A DNA stretch of 64,000 nt from an uncultured Methanosarcinales archaeon (GCA_964397315.1 CAYNHV010000002.1:23167-87166), one strand, 5' to 3'. Shown: positions 49,975 through 59,895, counted from the stretch's first letter. Numbers and translations are program-made. The notes: a model not told the origin generated them from the letters alone.

Positions 49975-50910
49975 TTATTGAAGATGCTTAACCTGCATCT
50001 CCTCGAGTTCAGACTGCAACTTCTTCTCTTTTTCTGCCAGCTCATCAATCCTTGCCATTGCTTCATCATAAGCTTCCCTGTCTCCCTCTCTGGATGATTT
50101 CTCAGCTTTCTGGTTTGCCTCCAGCAGGTTCAGGTATAACCTTATCAGCTCAGCTTTTTTTGATGCTGCCATTCTTAGCTCAGAGAAATTTGTTGATGAG
50201 GGAAAGAATTCAGGATTAGGTATTTTCTGTTCTGCAAGCCTTCCGCATATGCCTACAGTCTCATTTAAGCTGTTCAAGCTGATATTAAGTTGTTCCTCTG
50301 CTTTCTCGTTATACTCCTCAAAGGTTATGTTCTTGCGGGAGGTGTAATCCTGATTCAATCTCTGGAATCTGGAGAATGCCCTGCTGCTTCTTTCGGTCAG
50401 CTCTGTGATGTTCTGCATTGAAGGGATAAAAACCTCATCATAATCCCTGAAAGCAGAGTAATACTCAGAAGAACTATGGTCCACTATGCCTATTGTGTGA
50501 GGTATATTTGTGAAGAACAACAGACCTAAGAGTATTATGACAACAGCATAAGAGGCAGCCCTGATAACAAACAGCTTCTTGTTGTAGGTTGAGAGCCTCC
50601 TGTAGCTCTGAAGGATGATTATTGAGCTGATTATGAGAACGATGATTATTAAAGCGAAACCGCCTACTAAAGCGTAGAGGATGGGAGTGATCTTCATCAT
50701 GCTGAAGTTTCCTGTCTTTGAGCTGATATAGAATCTCAGAAAGAAAAGCACTGCGAGAATCACCACAATTATTGCAACAGAGACTCCGGCGAATATTCTG
50801 GTGTTCCTTATCCTCTTTTTCAGGGTCTCGTCATTGTAGGGCTGGTCCTTAATCTTCTGGTCAAGGTTTGAGAGGTCCGGCGCCCCACCGCCCTGCTCCT
50901 CATCTTCCAT
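49975..50910 (-). CDS. Membrane protein with a C-terminal coiled coil (311 aa)
   Basis: Several TM helices followed by a long coiled-coil region; unknown function. Confidence 0.4.
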   Translation of the reverse strand: MEDEEQGGGAPDLSNLDQKIKDQPYNDETLKKRIRNTRIFAGVSVAIIVVILAVLFFLRFYISSKTGNFSMMKITPILYALVGGFALIIIVLIISSIIILQSYRRLSTYNKKLFVIRAASYAVVIILLGLLFFTNIPHTIGIVDHSSSEYYSAFRDYDEVFIPSMQNITELTERSSRAFSRFQRLNQDYTSRKNITFEEYNEKAEEQLNISLNSLNETVGICGRLAEQKIPNPEFFPSSTNFSELRMAASKKAELIRLYLNLLEANQKAEKSSREGDREAYDEAMARIDELAEKEKKLQSELEEMQVKHLQ

Positions 50911-50988
50911 TGGTCATGAGAAAGCCTGTTTATTATATAAATATTTCTGAGAAAATTTTATAAATAGGGTCTTTTTAAGCGGGAATAA

Positions 50989-51198
50989 GGGCCATTAGCT
51001 TAGTCTGGCAACTGGTTACGCTCAGTTGACACGCAAACGCAAGAGGGGCGTAAAACTGCGTTTTAGCCCCTCGACGAACGTGAGATTTGAGCGTCAGTTG
51101 GGCAATTGGAGCACTGCTCTTATATGACTGTGTTCCGCGCAATGCTGGACACTGCTTGAGCAAAGCAGCGGTCGGGGGTTCAAATCCCCTATGGCCCA
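50989..51198 (+). tRNA. tRNA gene with two large introns (D-loop ~95 nt and anticodon loop ~38 nt); anticodon appears to be UAU (Ile) but is uncertain
   Basis: Acceptor GGGCCAT/ATGGCCC with discriminator A. T-arm GGGGG-TTCAAAT-CCCCT. Anticodon stem CTGCT/AGCAG with loop CTTATA|intron|A. D-stem GCTT/GAGC flanks a ~95-nt insertion. 210 nt minus ~133 nt of introns gives ~77 nt mature. Confidence 0.5.
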
Positions 51199-51290
51199 TT
51201 TTTTATTCGTACCACCGAGCAAAGCGAGTGTGGTACCTGATGGCCGGGTCAAGGAAGAAGACCCTTGGTTCTGAATCCCCTATGGCCCAT
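51183..51290 (+). repeat. att-like direct repeat: the tRNA 3'-end 17-mer AATCCCCTATGGCCCAT occurs twice (51183..51199 and 51274..51290)
   Basis: Exact 17-nt duplication. The second copy is preceded by a degenerate copy of the tRNA 3' half (gagcaaagc...ggttctgaatcccctatggccca). Confidence 0.6.
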
Positions 51291-51399
51291 GGAATAAAGG
51301 CAAAACGCCGATGAAGTCGGCTTTTTGCCTTTTTATATGCCTGATAATCCCGATGAGCTTGCGAGTCGGGATTATCTATGCATTTTATTTCCCATGATA

Positions 51400-51700
51400 T
51401 ATTCCACCTTATATGCATTTGTTTTGGGTGATTCCTCATAGTAATTCCCGCCCTCACTTTACAACCAACAGGCAGGTTCATACCTTCTCCAACTGCACAA
51501 CTCCCTGCTTCTCGCCCCAATAAGCCCGCCCAATGATATGCTTAAAGTGCTCTGAGTGGGTTTGTGCGCTAAGCATATGTGAGGGGGTTGGGTGGCGGGC
51601 GAAGAGGTTTGTATAGCTAAACATGGCGGCGGCAATGCCAGGAGGAATCAGATTTTTATTAGACTAAACTCAGGAGGCATCCCCTTACATTAAATGAGCA
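51400..51700 (+). repeat. Modular intergenic repeat element, copy F
   Basis: Short tandem-unit remnant (tgattcctcatagtaattcccgccc). Core ccccaataagcccgcccaatgatatgcttaaagtgctctgagtgggtttgtgcgctaagcatatgtgagggggttggg at 51519..51590, then gctaaacatggcggcggcaatgccaggagg. Preceded by the hairpin taatcccgatgagcttgcgagtcgggatta. Upstream of the tRNA at 51842. Confidence 0.8.
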
Positions 51701-51841
51701 GTATTTTTAACTCATAAAGAGAGCAGGGCAAAGTAAGAACCCCAGACATTCTAAGAATATTGTAATAAGGCCTCCAATCCTGCCATACGGGCTTTCAAAA
51801 GCAAAATATTTTAAAAGGGGTGTTTAATCCCTACCCCCACT

Positions 51842-51976
51842 GCCCCGGTAGTGTAGAGGTTCCAGAAGGAGGAACCGCACAACCCGGCCAATCATTTCGG
51901 ATTTTCGAGGTCGGAAATCTCCACATGGTTTGGCTGAAAACATCCGAAGACCTGGGTTCGAATCCCGGCCGGGGCG
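51842..51976 (+). tRNA. tRNA, probably Arg (anticodon UCG), with multiple insertions
   Basis: Acceptor GCCCCGG/CCGGGGC with discriminator G. T-arm CTGGG-TTCGAAT-CCCGG. D-stem GTGT/GCAC encloses the hairpin insert ggttccagaaggaggaacc. Anticodon stem CGGAT/ATCCG with loop TTTCGA plus a ~33-nt intron. An extra ~16 nt lies between the D and anticodon arms. Coordinates are approximate. Confidence 0.45.
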
Positions 51977-52040
51977 TATTCCTTCTGGTTATATGCCCTT
52001 ACCTTTATTAAGGAGCTTGAAAACTGAAGAGGTGAGGAGA

Positions 52041-53255
52041 ATGGCTGAGAAGCTTGATATCCACGACTATGATTTACAACTGAAGGGTTGTAAAAAGAGA
52101 ATTGAGGGCGCGGAGCTTTCCGATGCCAACAAGAAGCTTATTCTGGCTTATGAGAGGGCGAGGCAGCTTGATGGGACTGCCATCAGCACGAGGGTGAGGA
52201 CAATGTACTGCCTGCTTGATTTTGCGCTCTTTTTGGGCCGGGATTTGGAAGGGGCTGGCAAGGATGATGTTAAGGAGTTCGTTTATCGTATTGAGAGCAA
52301 GCCCGATTACAGTGTGTGGACTAAATCCAAGTACAGGGGAGTGGTTAAGAAGTTCTTTAAATGGCTCAGGTATGGGGACGAGTATCTGTCCAGGGATGAG
52401 TATCCTGACGAGGTAAGGTGGATTAGGGTTCACGTCAAGAAGAAGGATGAGCCGAAGATTTCCAGGACTGACCTGCTGACAGAGGATGAGATTGAGAAGC
52501 TGATTGAGGCTGCTGACACTCCAAGGGATAAGGCTTTTATAAGCCTGCTCTCTGACTGCGGGGCGAGGATTGGCGAGATAGGCAATCTCAGGATTAAGGA
52601 CGTGTACAGGGATGAGTTCTCATTCCTGGTTCACATTAGGGGCAAGACAGGGGAGAGGGAGGATGCTGTGGTTTACTCAAACCCTTACATTGCCGGCTGG
52701 CTCAACTGCCACCCGATGAAGGATGACAGGGAAGCTCCGTTGTGGGTGAACATGAGAAAGGGCAGGTACCAGTACAGGCAGATGAAGTACAACACCCTGA
52801 GGAGCCTCTGCAGGGAGCTTTTTCAGAAGGCTGGCATAAGGAAGAAGTTTAACCCTCACATTTTCAGGCACAGCAGGGTTACGATAAACATGTCCAGGGG
52901 GATTATGAACGAGGCCCAGGCCAAGGCTTATTTTGGCTGGACTCCTGACAGCAAGATGTTCGCCAGCTACGCGCACCTTGTGAGCAAGGACGCGAATGAC
53001 GCCGTACTTGAGGCTGCGGGCATGAAAACCAAGAGCAAAGAGGGATTGAAGCTGAGGCCAAACACGTGCAAGACGTGCCATTATTCCAACTCTCCCGGGG
53101 CGAACTTCTGCGAGAGATGCGGCAGGCCGCTGAATGCTAAGACCTCGCTCATGTACAGCCAGATGAAGCAGGATGCTTATGAGATTCTGAACAGGCTTAA
53201 GGAAGATCCTGAGTTTATGGAGCTGGCAAAGAGAAAAGTTGAATGTTTAAATTAA
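52041..53255 (+). CDS. int: Tyrosine recombinase/integrase with a C-terminal zinc ribbon
   Basis: Catalytic region HIFRHSRVT...YAHL (R...HxxR...Y). N-terminal SAM-like core-binding domain. C-terminal CKTCHY...CERCGR ribbon. ORF from 51930; Met start ~52041. Confidence 0.85.
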   Translation: MAEKLDIHDYDLQLKGCKKRIEGAELSDANKKLILAYERARQLDGTAISTRVRTMYCLLDFALFLGRDLEGAGKDDVKEFVYRIESKPDYSVWTKSKYRGVVKKFFKWLRYGDEYLSRDEYPDEVRWIRVHVKKKDEPKISRTDLLTEDEIEKLIEAADTPRDKAFISLLSDCGARIGEIGNLRIKDVYRDEFSFLVHIRGKTGEREDAVVYSNPYIAGWLNCHPMKDDREAPLWVNMRKGRYQYRQMKYNTLRSLCRELFQKAGIRKKFNPHIFRHSRVTINMSRGIMNEAQAKAYFGWTPDSKMFASYAHLVSKDANDAVLEAAGMKTKSKEGLKLRPNTCKTCHYSNSPGANFCERCGRPLNAKTSLMYSQMKQDAYEILNRLKEDPEFMELAKRKVECLN

Positions 53256-53257
53256 AT

Positions 53258-53914
53258 TTAAATCTCTTGCCTTATTTCATTTTTGCTTATTTGTGAGATT
53301 CGTTGGATATTCATCAGCATGAAACCTGCATTTCTCATTTTCTTTTCCGTAGGAATGTCTGGTGTTTCATATATTTTCTTGCGTATCTCATTAAATCCTT
53401 TTTTTGTTTCGTTTTTCGCGGTTTCGGCTGATATTCCATCTTCTATAATCCTTCTTATGCCCCTATTGAATTCTTTCGCTTGCGATTTGTAGCTTATATA
53501 CTTTTCAGGTAGAAAATAACATTTATCATTATATCCTAAGCAATATTTAGCGCATTTCTCTACCGCATTTTTACCCAATAGTGTTATTGTCTTACATGCA
53601 ACTAAAATGAGCTTTTTATTCAGAAGTAAATTGATATCTTTTAGGTCGATGATGCTTCTTTTGATTCTTTTTTCCTTGTTCTGCCAGAAAAACATTTGCT
53701 CTTTTGTGCCATGACTGAAGATCATTAAGTAACCATCATTGTTCTTATCTCGCTTAAGAATTTCTTTTAATTTCTTTATTTCATCTACCGATTTTATTTC
53801 GTAAAAGCTGATGCTGTTATTTTCTAGGACGGACTTTATGTGTTTTGCACAAATAGATGCAAATTGTTCACCTAAATCGGCTTCCGAGTTTTGTCTGTGT
53901 ACTAATATATTCAT
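53258..53914 (-). CDS. Hypothetical protein (218 aa), AT-rich
   Basis: ORF only; low GC relative to host genes. Confidence 0.35.
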   Translation of the reverse strand: MNILVHRQNSEADLGEQFASICAKHIKSVLENNSISFYEIKSVDEIKKLKEILKRDKNNDGYLMIFSHGTKEQMFFWQNKEKRIKRSIIDLKDINLLLNKKLILVACKTITLLGKNAVEKCAKYCLGYNDKCYFLPEKYISYKSQAKEFNRGIRRIIEDGISAETAKNETKKGFNEIRKKIYETPDIPTEKKMRNAGFMLMNIQRISQISKNEIRQEI

Positions 53915-55231
53915 TTATTTTGATGATTCTCGCTGTAGAGAGTATAGGTGGTAATCTATAATGCCATACAGATAGGATTGTGCGAATTCTTTTCCTTCTT
54001 CTGTATTATTTTTAACAAGTTCATATATTTTTCTGGGAGTATAGGCTTCGCCTTCGGAGGTGTATACAATTGGCTCATCTGCTTCTGAAGAGTCAATCCA
54101 ATTTTCAACAACCCTCAAAAACATCTGTTTGATGAATTCATTTATAACAGCATTATCTATACTATTATCACTCTCACCGTCTCCTTGTTCGTTTTCCATA
54201 TCGCTTTCTTCTTTAGTAGCATTAATATAAAAATGTTGCGTTTCCTTCGTTTTTCTTTTTAGTTTTTCTTCGGGAACATTTTCAAAAATTGCCTTAGTCT
54301 TCTTCTTTACTTCAATGTCATATTCCGGCTCAGGATACTGATAAAGCACGACATTCTTAATTACCTGGCCACAATATCCCTTGTAAAGGTCATCTTCACA
54401 ATTTCGCAATCCTTTTCCCGTGTCAAACAGATCATAGCAGATATTTGCTTTTATCGGCTGATTTTCTTGCTCATCAATGCCTTCAAATGGTGACCCGTTA
54501 AAACTTTTCTGGTTGTAGCGGATTATCTTTTTATCAGGGAACTTTTCTTTAAAAATGTCTTCAAGACCACGCGGGCCTCTGGGGCCCAGTTCTTTGTTTA
54601 CCAAGCATATGTGAGTGAAGGAATTTCTGTTGTTTCCATTCATTAGATTGGCATAGTACTCAACCAGGCATTCGGCGTCTTCATTTTTATCAGTCCAAAA
54701 ATCAAACCATATAAGGTAATCTTTTAGGTTCCCCTTGGATACTACAAAGGTTTCGTCATGTCTTGGCACCGCCATGTAGAAGGGCATTTTATAGCCTAAG
54801 TCAAACTTTTCCTTTCTTTCTCTTGCGTGAATAAAATAATCTCCGATATATTGGTATAGATTCATGAATTTATTCATCTCGATGGTATACATGGGGTCAT
54901 GTGTGTCGAGGAAAGCATATATATTGGAGGCAAGCTTAGAGAATAAATCCTTGAAGGCTTCAAGCTTGATTGCATATGTCTCCGTTAGCAAACTGCGCAT
55001 TTTGAACAAACATAGGCAAAATGACTCATAATAGTTAAAAATTTCAGATCTTGAAGACAGATATAACATTTTTGCACTGTCCGTGTTCAGTGAGCGGCTG
55101 TGGCCATTCTCAGAACAAAACTCCCAAGTGTCTTTTATGAAATCGTCAAAGGTGTTATTCTCGTAATTGTTGACAAACCACCCAAGAGTTTCGTTTACTT
55201 TAGTTTCAGCACGTTGTTGGTCAAGTATCAT
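53915..55231 (-). CDS. Hypothetical protein (438 aa), AT-rich
   Basis: Stop abuts the start of the downstream gene (53914/53915). No recognisable motifs. Confidence 0.4.
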   Translation of the reverse strand: MILDQQRAETKVNETLGWFVNNYENNTFDDFIKDTWEFCSENGHSRSLNTDSAKMLYLSSRSEIFNYYESFCLCLFKMRSLLTETYAIKLEAFKDLFSKLASNIYAFLDTHDPMYTIEMNKFMNLYQYIGDYFIHARERKEKFDLGYKMPFYMAVPRHDETFVVSKGNLKDYLIWFDFWTDKNEDAECLVEYYANLMNGNNRNSFTHICLVNKELGPRGPRGLEDIFKEKFPDKKIIRYNQKSFNGSPFEGIDEQENQPIKANICYDLFDTGKGLRNCEDDLYKGYCGQVIKNVVLYQYPEPEYDIEVKKKTKAIFENVPEEKLKRKTKETQHFYINATKEESDMENEQGDGESDNSIDNAVINEFIKQMFLRVVENWIDSSEADEPIVYTSEGEAYTPRKIYELVKNNTEEGKEFAQSYLYGIIDYHLYSLQRESSK

Positions 55232-55259
55232 TATGACACCTCCATTCCATAAAATTTAT

Positions 55260-55586
55260 TTATGGAATATCAACCCCATGCTTTCGTAAAAATTTATCGA
55301 GTTGCTCCGGGGTAGAATTGGAAACTTTCTTTTCTAAAAGGTCAAGAGGGACCGAATCGAGTATAGTTCCAATGGAACTAAGGTAGTAGCCGAATCTCTT
55401 GAGTTTATCAATAAGCTTAAGCCTTAATACATCTTCTTCGCTATAAAGATATCTTTGATTGTTATGATGCTTTTTTGGCTTTAAAAGATTCAAATCTTTA
55501 TAACGTTGAATTGTAGGGTCGGAAACACTAGTATCAGCCTTTTCCTTTAGTTGACTTAGGCTTAAATTGTACTCTAACTCTTTCAT
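55260..55586 (-). CDS. MerR-like HTH transcriptional regulator (108 aa)
   Basis: RYLYSEEDVLRLKLIDKLKRFGYYLSSIGTIL resembles the MerR wing/dimerisation helix. Confidence 0.45.
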   Translation of the reverse strand: MKELEYNLSLSQLKEKADTSVSDPTIQRYKDLNLLKPKKHHNNQRYLYSEEDVLRLKLIDKLKRFGYYLSSIGTILDSVPLDLLEKKVSNSTPEQLDKFLRKHGVDIP

Positions 55587-55901
55587 GTTGTTCCTTACCT
55601 ATAAGCTATTAGACCTCATATCTAATCTATTAGATAGCACATTTTGTAGCTAAAGTCAACAACTGAGCCGAGATTTTCTCGTTGGCCCCGACACTACAAA
55701 CAGAAATGTATGTTGTGAATGCCGGTAGTGCCACTCGCAACCGGCTCATTGGATTTCGTACTATATAGCATTGAAATCTCAGGGTTTCAAGTAGAAGCAG
55801 TAGGCACCAGCTTTTGACGTGTCGTGCCTCTTGGCATGTCCCAGCCCATATCCTGTTTTGCCCTTACTTTTATTTAGCTGCTTTTCCATCGTGGAATAAC
55901 T

Positions 55902-56303
55902 ATGGGAGAGGATGATGGCGGTGTTTTTCAGGACATGATCTCCGGGAGGATTAAGGACATCCGGGAGGCCATTGACGAGATTGAGGGGGAGATAAAGCAG
56001 AGGCGGGACATTGATGAGCGGGTTCTGGAGGAGATTAGGGCTGAGATTCTGAAGGTTCGCAATCGCATTCTGGAGGTTGAGCAGTTCACAGGCTCTTCCC
56101 AGTCCGGTGAGCTTCCGGGCGTGGATACTCTGGAGCGGGAGGTTGTGAGCCTGGAGGGTGAGAAGCGCATGGAGTCTGTCTCCTGCTGGAGGGATTTGAC
56201 GAGCCTTCGGAAGGAGCTGAGGCTTTACATGAGGGAGCTGAATGACCTGTTGAGAAAAGCGAAGATGGTGAGGCCGGATGCAGGAAGTGGAGAAGCTGCT
56301 TAA
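55902..56303 (+). CDS. Coiled-coil protein (133 aa) upstream of the ATPase
   Basis: Heptad-rich, Glu/Arg-rich sequence. Overlaps the ATPase gene start by 26 nt. Confidence 0.4.
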   Translation: MGEDDGGVFQDMISGRIKDIREAIDEIEGEIKQRRDIDERVLEEIRAEILKVRNRILEVEQFTGSSQSGELPGVDTLEREVVSLEGEKRMESVSCWRDLTSLRKELRLYMRELNDLLRKAKMVRPDAGSGEAA

Positions 56304-58320
56304 GAAGCTTGAGCCTCAGCTCGGCGGGAGGGCGGATGAGATTTACAGGGTTTACCTGCTGGAGGATTCCAGGGGGCGGAATGAGATTCATCAGTATCTT
56401 ATGACGCTTTACAATCAGAGCCTTTCCACTCCGTTGGATGACAAAGTTGTGCTGGTTCCTCCGCCGGGGGATTTGGCAGGGGGTGAGATGCCCATAGCCA
56501 CGGTGAGGTATGCTGACCGCGACCTGTATGAGTTCTCCCTGAGGAGGGGTGAGCTGCCCATGCATTGCCTTGTGGTGGGTGATACGGGCAGCGGGAAGAC
56601 GAATTCAATCTACGCTCTGATTTCCAATCTTATGCTGCAGAGGATTCCTTTTTTGATTTTTGATTGGAAGCGTGAGTTCAGGAGGATACTCAATTCCGAG
56701 AGCTGCTCTGATGTTCTTGTTTTTACTGCCGGGGGTGAGGCAAGTCCTTTTTACTTCAATCCCAGGATTGCGCCGAAGGGTGTTGATCCTGAGGTTTATC
56801 TCAAGAAGGAAGTGGATAATATCGCCTATGCCTACTTTTTGGGAGAGGGTGTTGGGGAGCTTTTGAGGGAGGTTCTTCATGAGACAAATGAGGATTACGG
56901 CGTTTACTCCGGTGATTTAAAGGAATACCCGAATTACTTTGATGTTCTGCAGAAGCTTGAGGGAAGGAAGCCAAAGGGCAGGGAGCTTTTATGGTATCAG
57001 TCCACTCAGAGGGCGTTGCGCGCCCTTACCTTCGGCAAGTTCGGGAAGGCCATTAACATAAGGCAGGATGTGGATGTTGAGTCCCTGCTGGAGAGGAATG
57101 TGATTATTGAGCTGGACGGGCTTAACAAGGCTGACGGCAAGTATATCATGACCTCATTGCTTTCCAGGATTTACTTTTACAGGCTGGCTCATGCTCACGA
57201 GAATAAGGGCTTGCACGCGATTATTATTGATGAGGCGCATCATTTGTTTTTGAGAAAGCCTTCTTATGCGCAGGGTGAGGAGCACATCACGGATATTCTG
57301 CTGAGGGAAGCCAGAAGCCTGGGGGAGTGTCTTGTCCTGTCTGACCAGTACCCTCACATGCTCACATACACTGCCTTTGGTGTTTATACCAAGATTGTGA
57401 TGAGCCTGGGTAATCGCACTGATATTAACCTTGCAGCGGATATTCTGCTGCTGGGTAAGGATGAGAGGGAGTGGCTTGCCAAGCTGCCAATAGGCTCGGC
57501 AATAGTGAAATTAAAAGCAAGGTATCCTTCTCCTTTTCTGGTTCATTTCCCGCTCATGAAGCTTCCAGAGGAGCCTGTTACTGACGATATTGTGAGGGAG
57601 AGGATGAAGGGGTATTGGGAAGAACAGAAGGTTATTCCGGTTATTCCAGGCCAGCAAGAGGGTTATTCCGGCCCTGTTAAGCCAGAGGGGGTTGTTCCGA
57701 AAGGTGATAAGGGTGGTGCGGAAAGAGCGGAATATCTCCTGCTCCTTGATGTTTTGAGGTTTCCTCTCTCCTCTACTGTTAAGAGGTATGAGAGGCTGGG
57801 CTTTAGCAAGAGGGCGGGCAATGACGCAAGGGGCACTCTTGAGGAGCAGGGGCTTGTGAGGGCTGTTGATGTTCCAACAAAAAAGGCAAGGGTGAGGCTT
57901 CTGGAGCTTACTGACAGGGGCAGGGAGCTTCTAAAGTCCCGGGGTGAGGACATAAGCAATTCCATGAGGTTTGGGAGCGTGGAGCACCTTTACTGGGTTG
58001 CCATACTCGCAAAGGAATCCAGGATAACGATATTTTGCGAGGGCAGGGGTTTTGAGCTTGAGGTTGAGCACGCTATTGGCGGTGGGAAAACTGTTGACCT
58101 TGCGGCAGTAAAGGGGGAGAGGAGGATTGCCTTTGAGGTTGAGACAGGAGCTTCTGATGCTGTATCCAATGTCCGTAAGTGTTTGGAGGCCGGTTTTGAG
58201 AGGGTTTACTGCCTTCCCACATCGCACACTGCAATGAAGAAGATATCGCGGGAGCTGGAAAAGGCCGGGCTTGCAGGGGATAAGAGGGTTAAGCTGAAGC
58301 ACGTGAAAAAAATGTTTTGA
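56278..58320 (+). CDS. HerA/FtsK/VirB4-like P-loop ATPase (AAA_10/DUF87-type), probable DNA translocation or conjugation ATPase
   Basis: Walker A VVGDTGSGKTNS and Walker B IIIDEAHHLF (DEAH). C-terminal wHTH-like region plus a possible PD-(D/E)xK-like region. 680 aa. Confidence 0.6.
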   Translation: MQEVEKLLKKLEPQLGGRADEIYRVYLLEDSRGRNEIHQYLMTLYNQSLSTPLDDKVVLVPPPGDLAGGEMPIATVRYADRDLYEFSLRRGELPMHCLVVGDTGSGKTNSIYALISNLMLQRIPFLIFDWKREFRRILNSESCSDVLVFTAGGEASPFYFNPRIAPKGVDPEVYLKKEVDNIAYAYFLGEGVGELLREVLHETNEDYGVYSGDLKEYPNYFDVLQKLEGRKPKGRELLWYQSTQRALRALTFGKFGKAINIRQDVDVESLLERNVIIELDGLNKADGKYIMTSLLSRIYFYRLAHAHENKGLHAIIIDEAHHLFLRKPSYAQGEEHITDILLREARSLGECLVLSDQYPHMLTYTAFGVYTKIVMSLGNRTDINLAADILLLGKDEREWLAKLPIGSAIVKLKARYPSPFLVHFPLMKLPEEPVTDDIVRERMKGYWEEQKVIPVIPGQQEGYSGPVKPEGVVPKGDKGGAERAEYLLLLDVLRFPLSSTVKRYERLGFSKRAGNDARGTLEEQGLVRAVDVPTKKARVRLLELTDRGRELLKSRGEDISNSMRFGSVEHLYWVAILAKESRITIFCEGRGFELEVEHAIGGGKTVDLAAVKGERRIAFEVETGASDAVSNVRKCLEAGFERVYCLPTSHTAMKKISRELEKAGLAGDKRVKLKHVKKMF

Positions 58321-58444
58321 TGGTGAGAGCATAGCAGCAGGCAATATTTTCAGGGCGCTGGAGCCGCTTCAATACCTGAACATAGGCGGCATATATTCGC
58401 AATACTCGGCAATCCTTGACTTTTTCGTTTTCCTGATACTTTTC

Positions 58445-59503
58445 ATGGGTCTTTCCAGGGCTGCATTCGGGAAGAGGTTTGAGGGCAGTGGCGGGAAGGC
58501 TGTCACCATTGGCGTGGGAGTTTCCCTTGCTCTGGGCTTGTCTGCAGCTGAGGCAAAGTTCGGCTTTAATCTTGGCTCTTTTGGTGTCTTTGCTCTTGGA
58601 ATTATAGTTGTTGCTTTCGGGCTTTTATTTTTCTATTTGCTCTCTGCCCTGGGAGCGCACAAGAGCACGGCTGCTGCTCTGTCATTTCTTATAGCCTATT
58701 CCTTCCTTAATTCCATTTCGGGAAAGCTCACTCTAATGATTCAGAAGAAGTTTCCAATACTGAATCTCCTGTTTTTGGCCTCGCTTGTTTTTGTGATTAT
58801 CAGGGGTGTTTCGTTTCTGGGTGTTGGTTCAAAGCTTAAAACATCTGGGAAGAATATGCTGAGGAAAGGCTCTGAGTATGCCCGCCATATTCCGTTGAGG
58901 GAGGAGAAGCTTGAGAGGAAAACACAGCGCAGGGAAGCAAAGGGTATAAGCAGGGAGAGGAAAACAAGCTCCAGGATGTTGAAACAGCTTCAGGAGATAA
59001 GGGAGCTAATCAAAGAGCATGGCGGAAGCGAGAAGGGCAGAAAGGCCATTGTGGAGCAGATTGAGAGCCTCTCCACAGGCGAGAACAAGCTGGTTCAGAA
59101 GCTCGCGCATTTAAAAGAGCTGGACAAGCAGCTTGAGGAGCTTGATATTCTGGCGGTGCGGAAGCTGAAAGAGGAGCAAAGCGAAGTGCCCGATGAGTTA
59201 AGGGCTGAGATAGAGAAGGAAATCAGGGCTGAGAAGGACAAGCACGGGCTGAGCAGGAAGATGGAGGGGTATGAGAGCCGGATAAAGGCCTCAGTTGACG
59301 GCTTCAACCGGGCAATGCTCTCCTGCATTGAACGCCTCGGAGAGAACCGCATTGCAGAAGCATTGCAGGCCGTGGACGAGGCCATAAGCTGCCAGAAGCG
59401 GATAGAGGGCCTGCTTGCTGAGATGGAAAGGACAGGCCGGATAATGAAGGGCCTGACAAAACGAGAGTACAAGAGCATGAAACGCACTAAAAAAGCTGCG
59501 TGA
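58445..59503 (+). CDS. Membrane protein with a C-terminal coiled coil (352 aa)
   Basis: 4–5 N-terminal TM helices and a Lys/Glu-rich coiled coil. Confidence 0.4.
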   Translation: MGLSRAAFGKRFEGSGGKAVTIGVGVSLALGLSAAEAKFGFNLGSFGVFALGIIVVAFGLLFFYLLSALGAHKSTAAALSFLIAYSFLNSISGKLTLMIQKKFPILNLLFLASLVFVIIRGVSFLGVGSKLKTSGKNMLRKGSEYARHIPLREEKLERKTQRREAKGISRERKTSSRMLKQLQEIRELIKEHGGSEKGRKAIVEQIESLSTGENKLVQKLAHLKELDKQLEELDILAVRKLKEEQSEVPDELRAEIEKEIRAEKDKHGLSRKMEGYESRIKASVDGFNRAMLSCIERLGENRIAEALQAVDEAISCQKRIEGLLAEMERTGRIMKGLTKREYKSMKRTKKAA

Positions 59504-59512
59504 GGTGAAAAA

Positions 59513-59692
59513 ATGGCAGAAGAAGAAAAGAAGTTTGAGGACAAGCCGATACTGGAGAGCCAGTATCGTAAGAGCAAGGACGGAAAATACCTGATACACA
59601 GGGTGACCATCACCACCATAAAGCCGGTGAAGTATCTTGAGAAGGTGCTTGAAGGCTCTACAGGTGATGAAGCCGATGACTTGGAAATCTAA
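59513..59692 (+). CDS. Small hypothetical protein (59 aa)
   Basis: MAEEEKKFEDKPILESQYRKSKDGKYLIHRVTITTIKPVKYLEKVLEGSTGDEADDLEI. GAGGTGA SD 7 nt upstream. Confidence 0.3.
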   Translation: MAEEEKKFEDKPILESQYRKSKDGKYLIHRVTITTIKPVKYLEKVLEGSTGDEADDLEI

Positions 59693-59895
59693 TAAATGGG
59701 CCTGATGTAAAACAATGGTCTTATGCTGTTTTTTTATTTTTTACTTTTTCTTCATATGTATTTACAAACCTCCGATTTTCTAATTTCGTATACGGCACGG
59801 CAACCCCATACATTTTGTTTTCGGCTGAAGCCTGAAAACAAATGAGGGGTTTGCCTCAAAGGCCGTAATTAAAAAATTAACGGAGGTTGAAAAAA

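Noticed and set aside
51820-52011. 63-aa plus-strand ORF overlapping the tRNA at 51842
   Set aside because: It lies across the tRNA gene and the integrase upstream region, so it is an artefact of the ORF caller.
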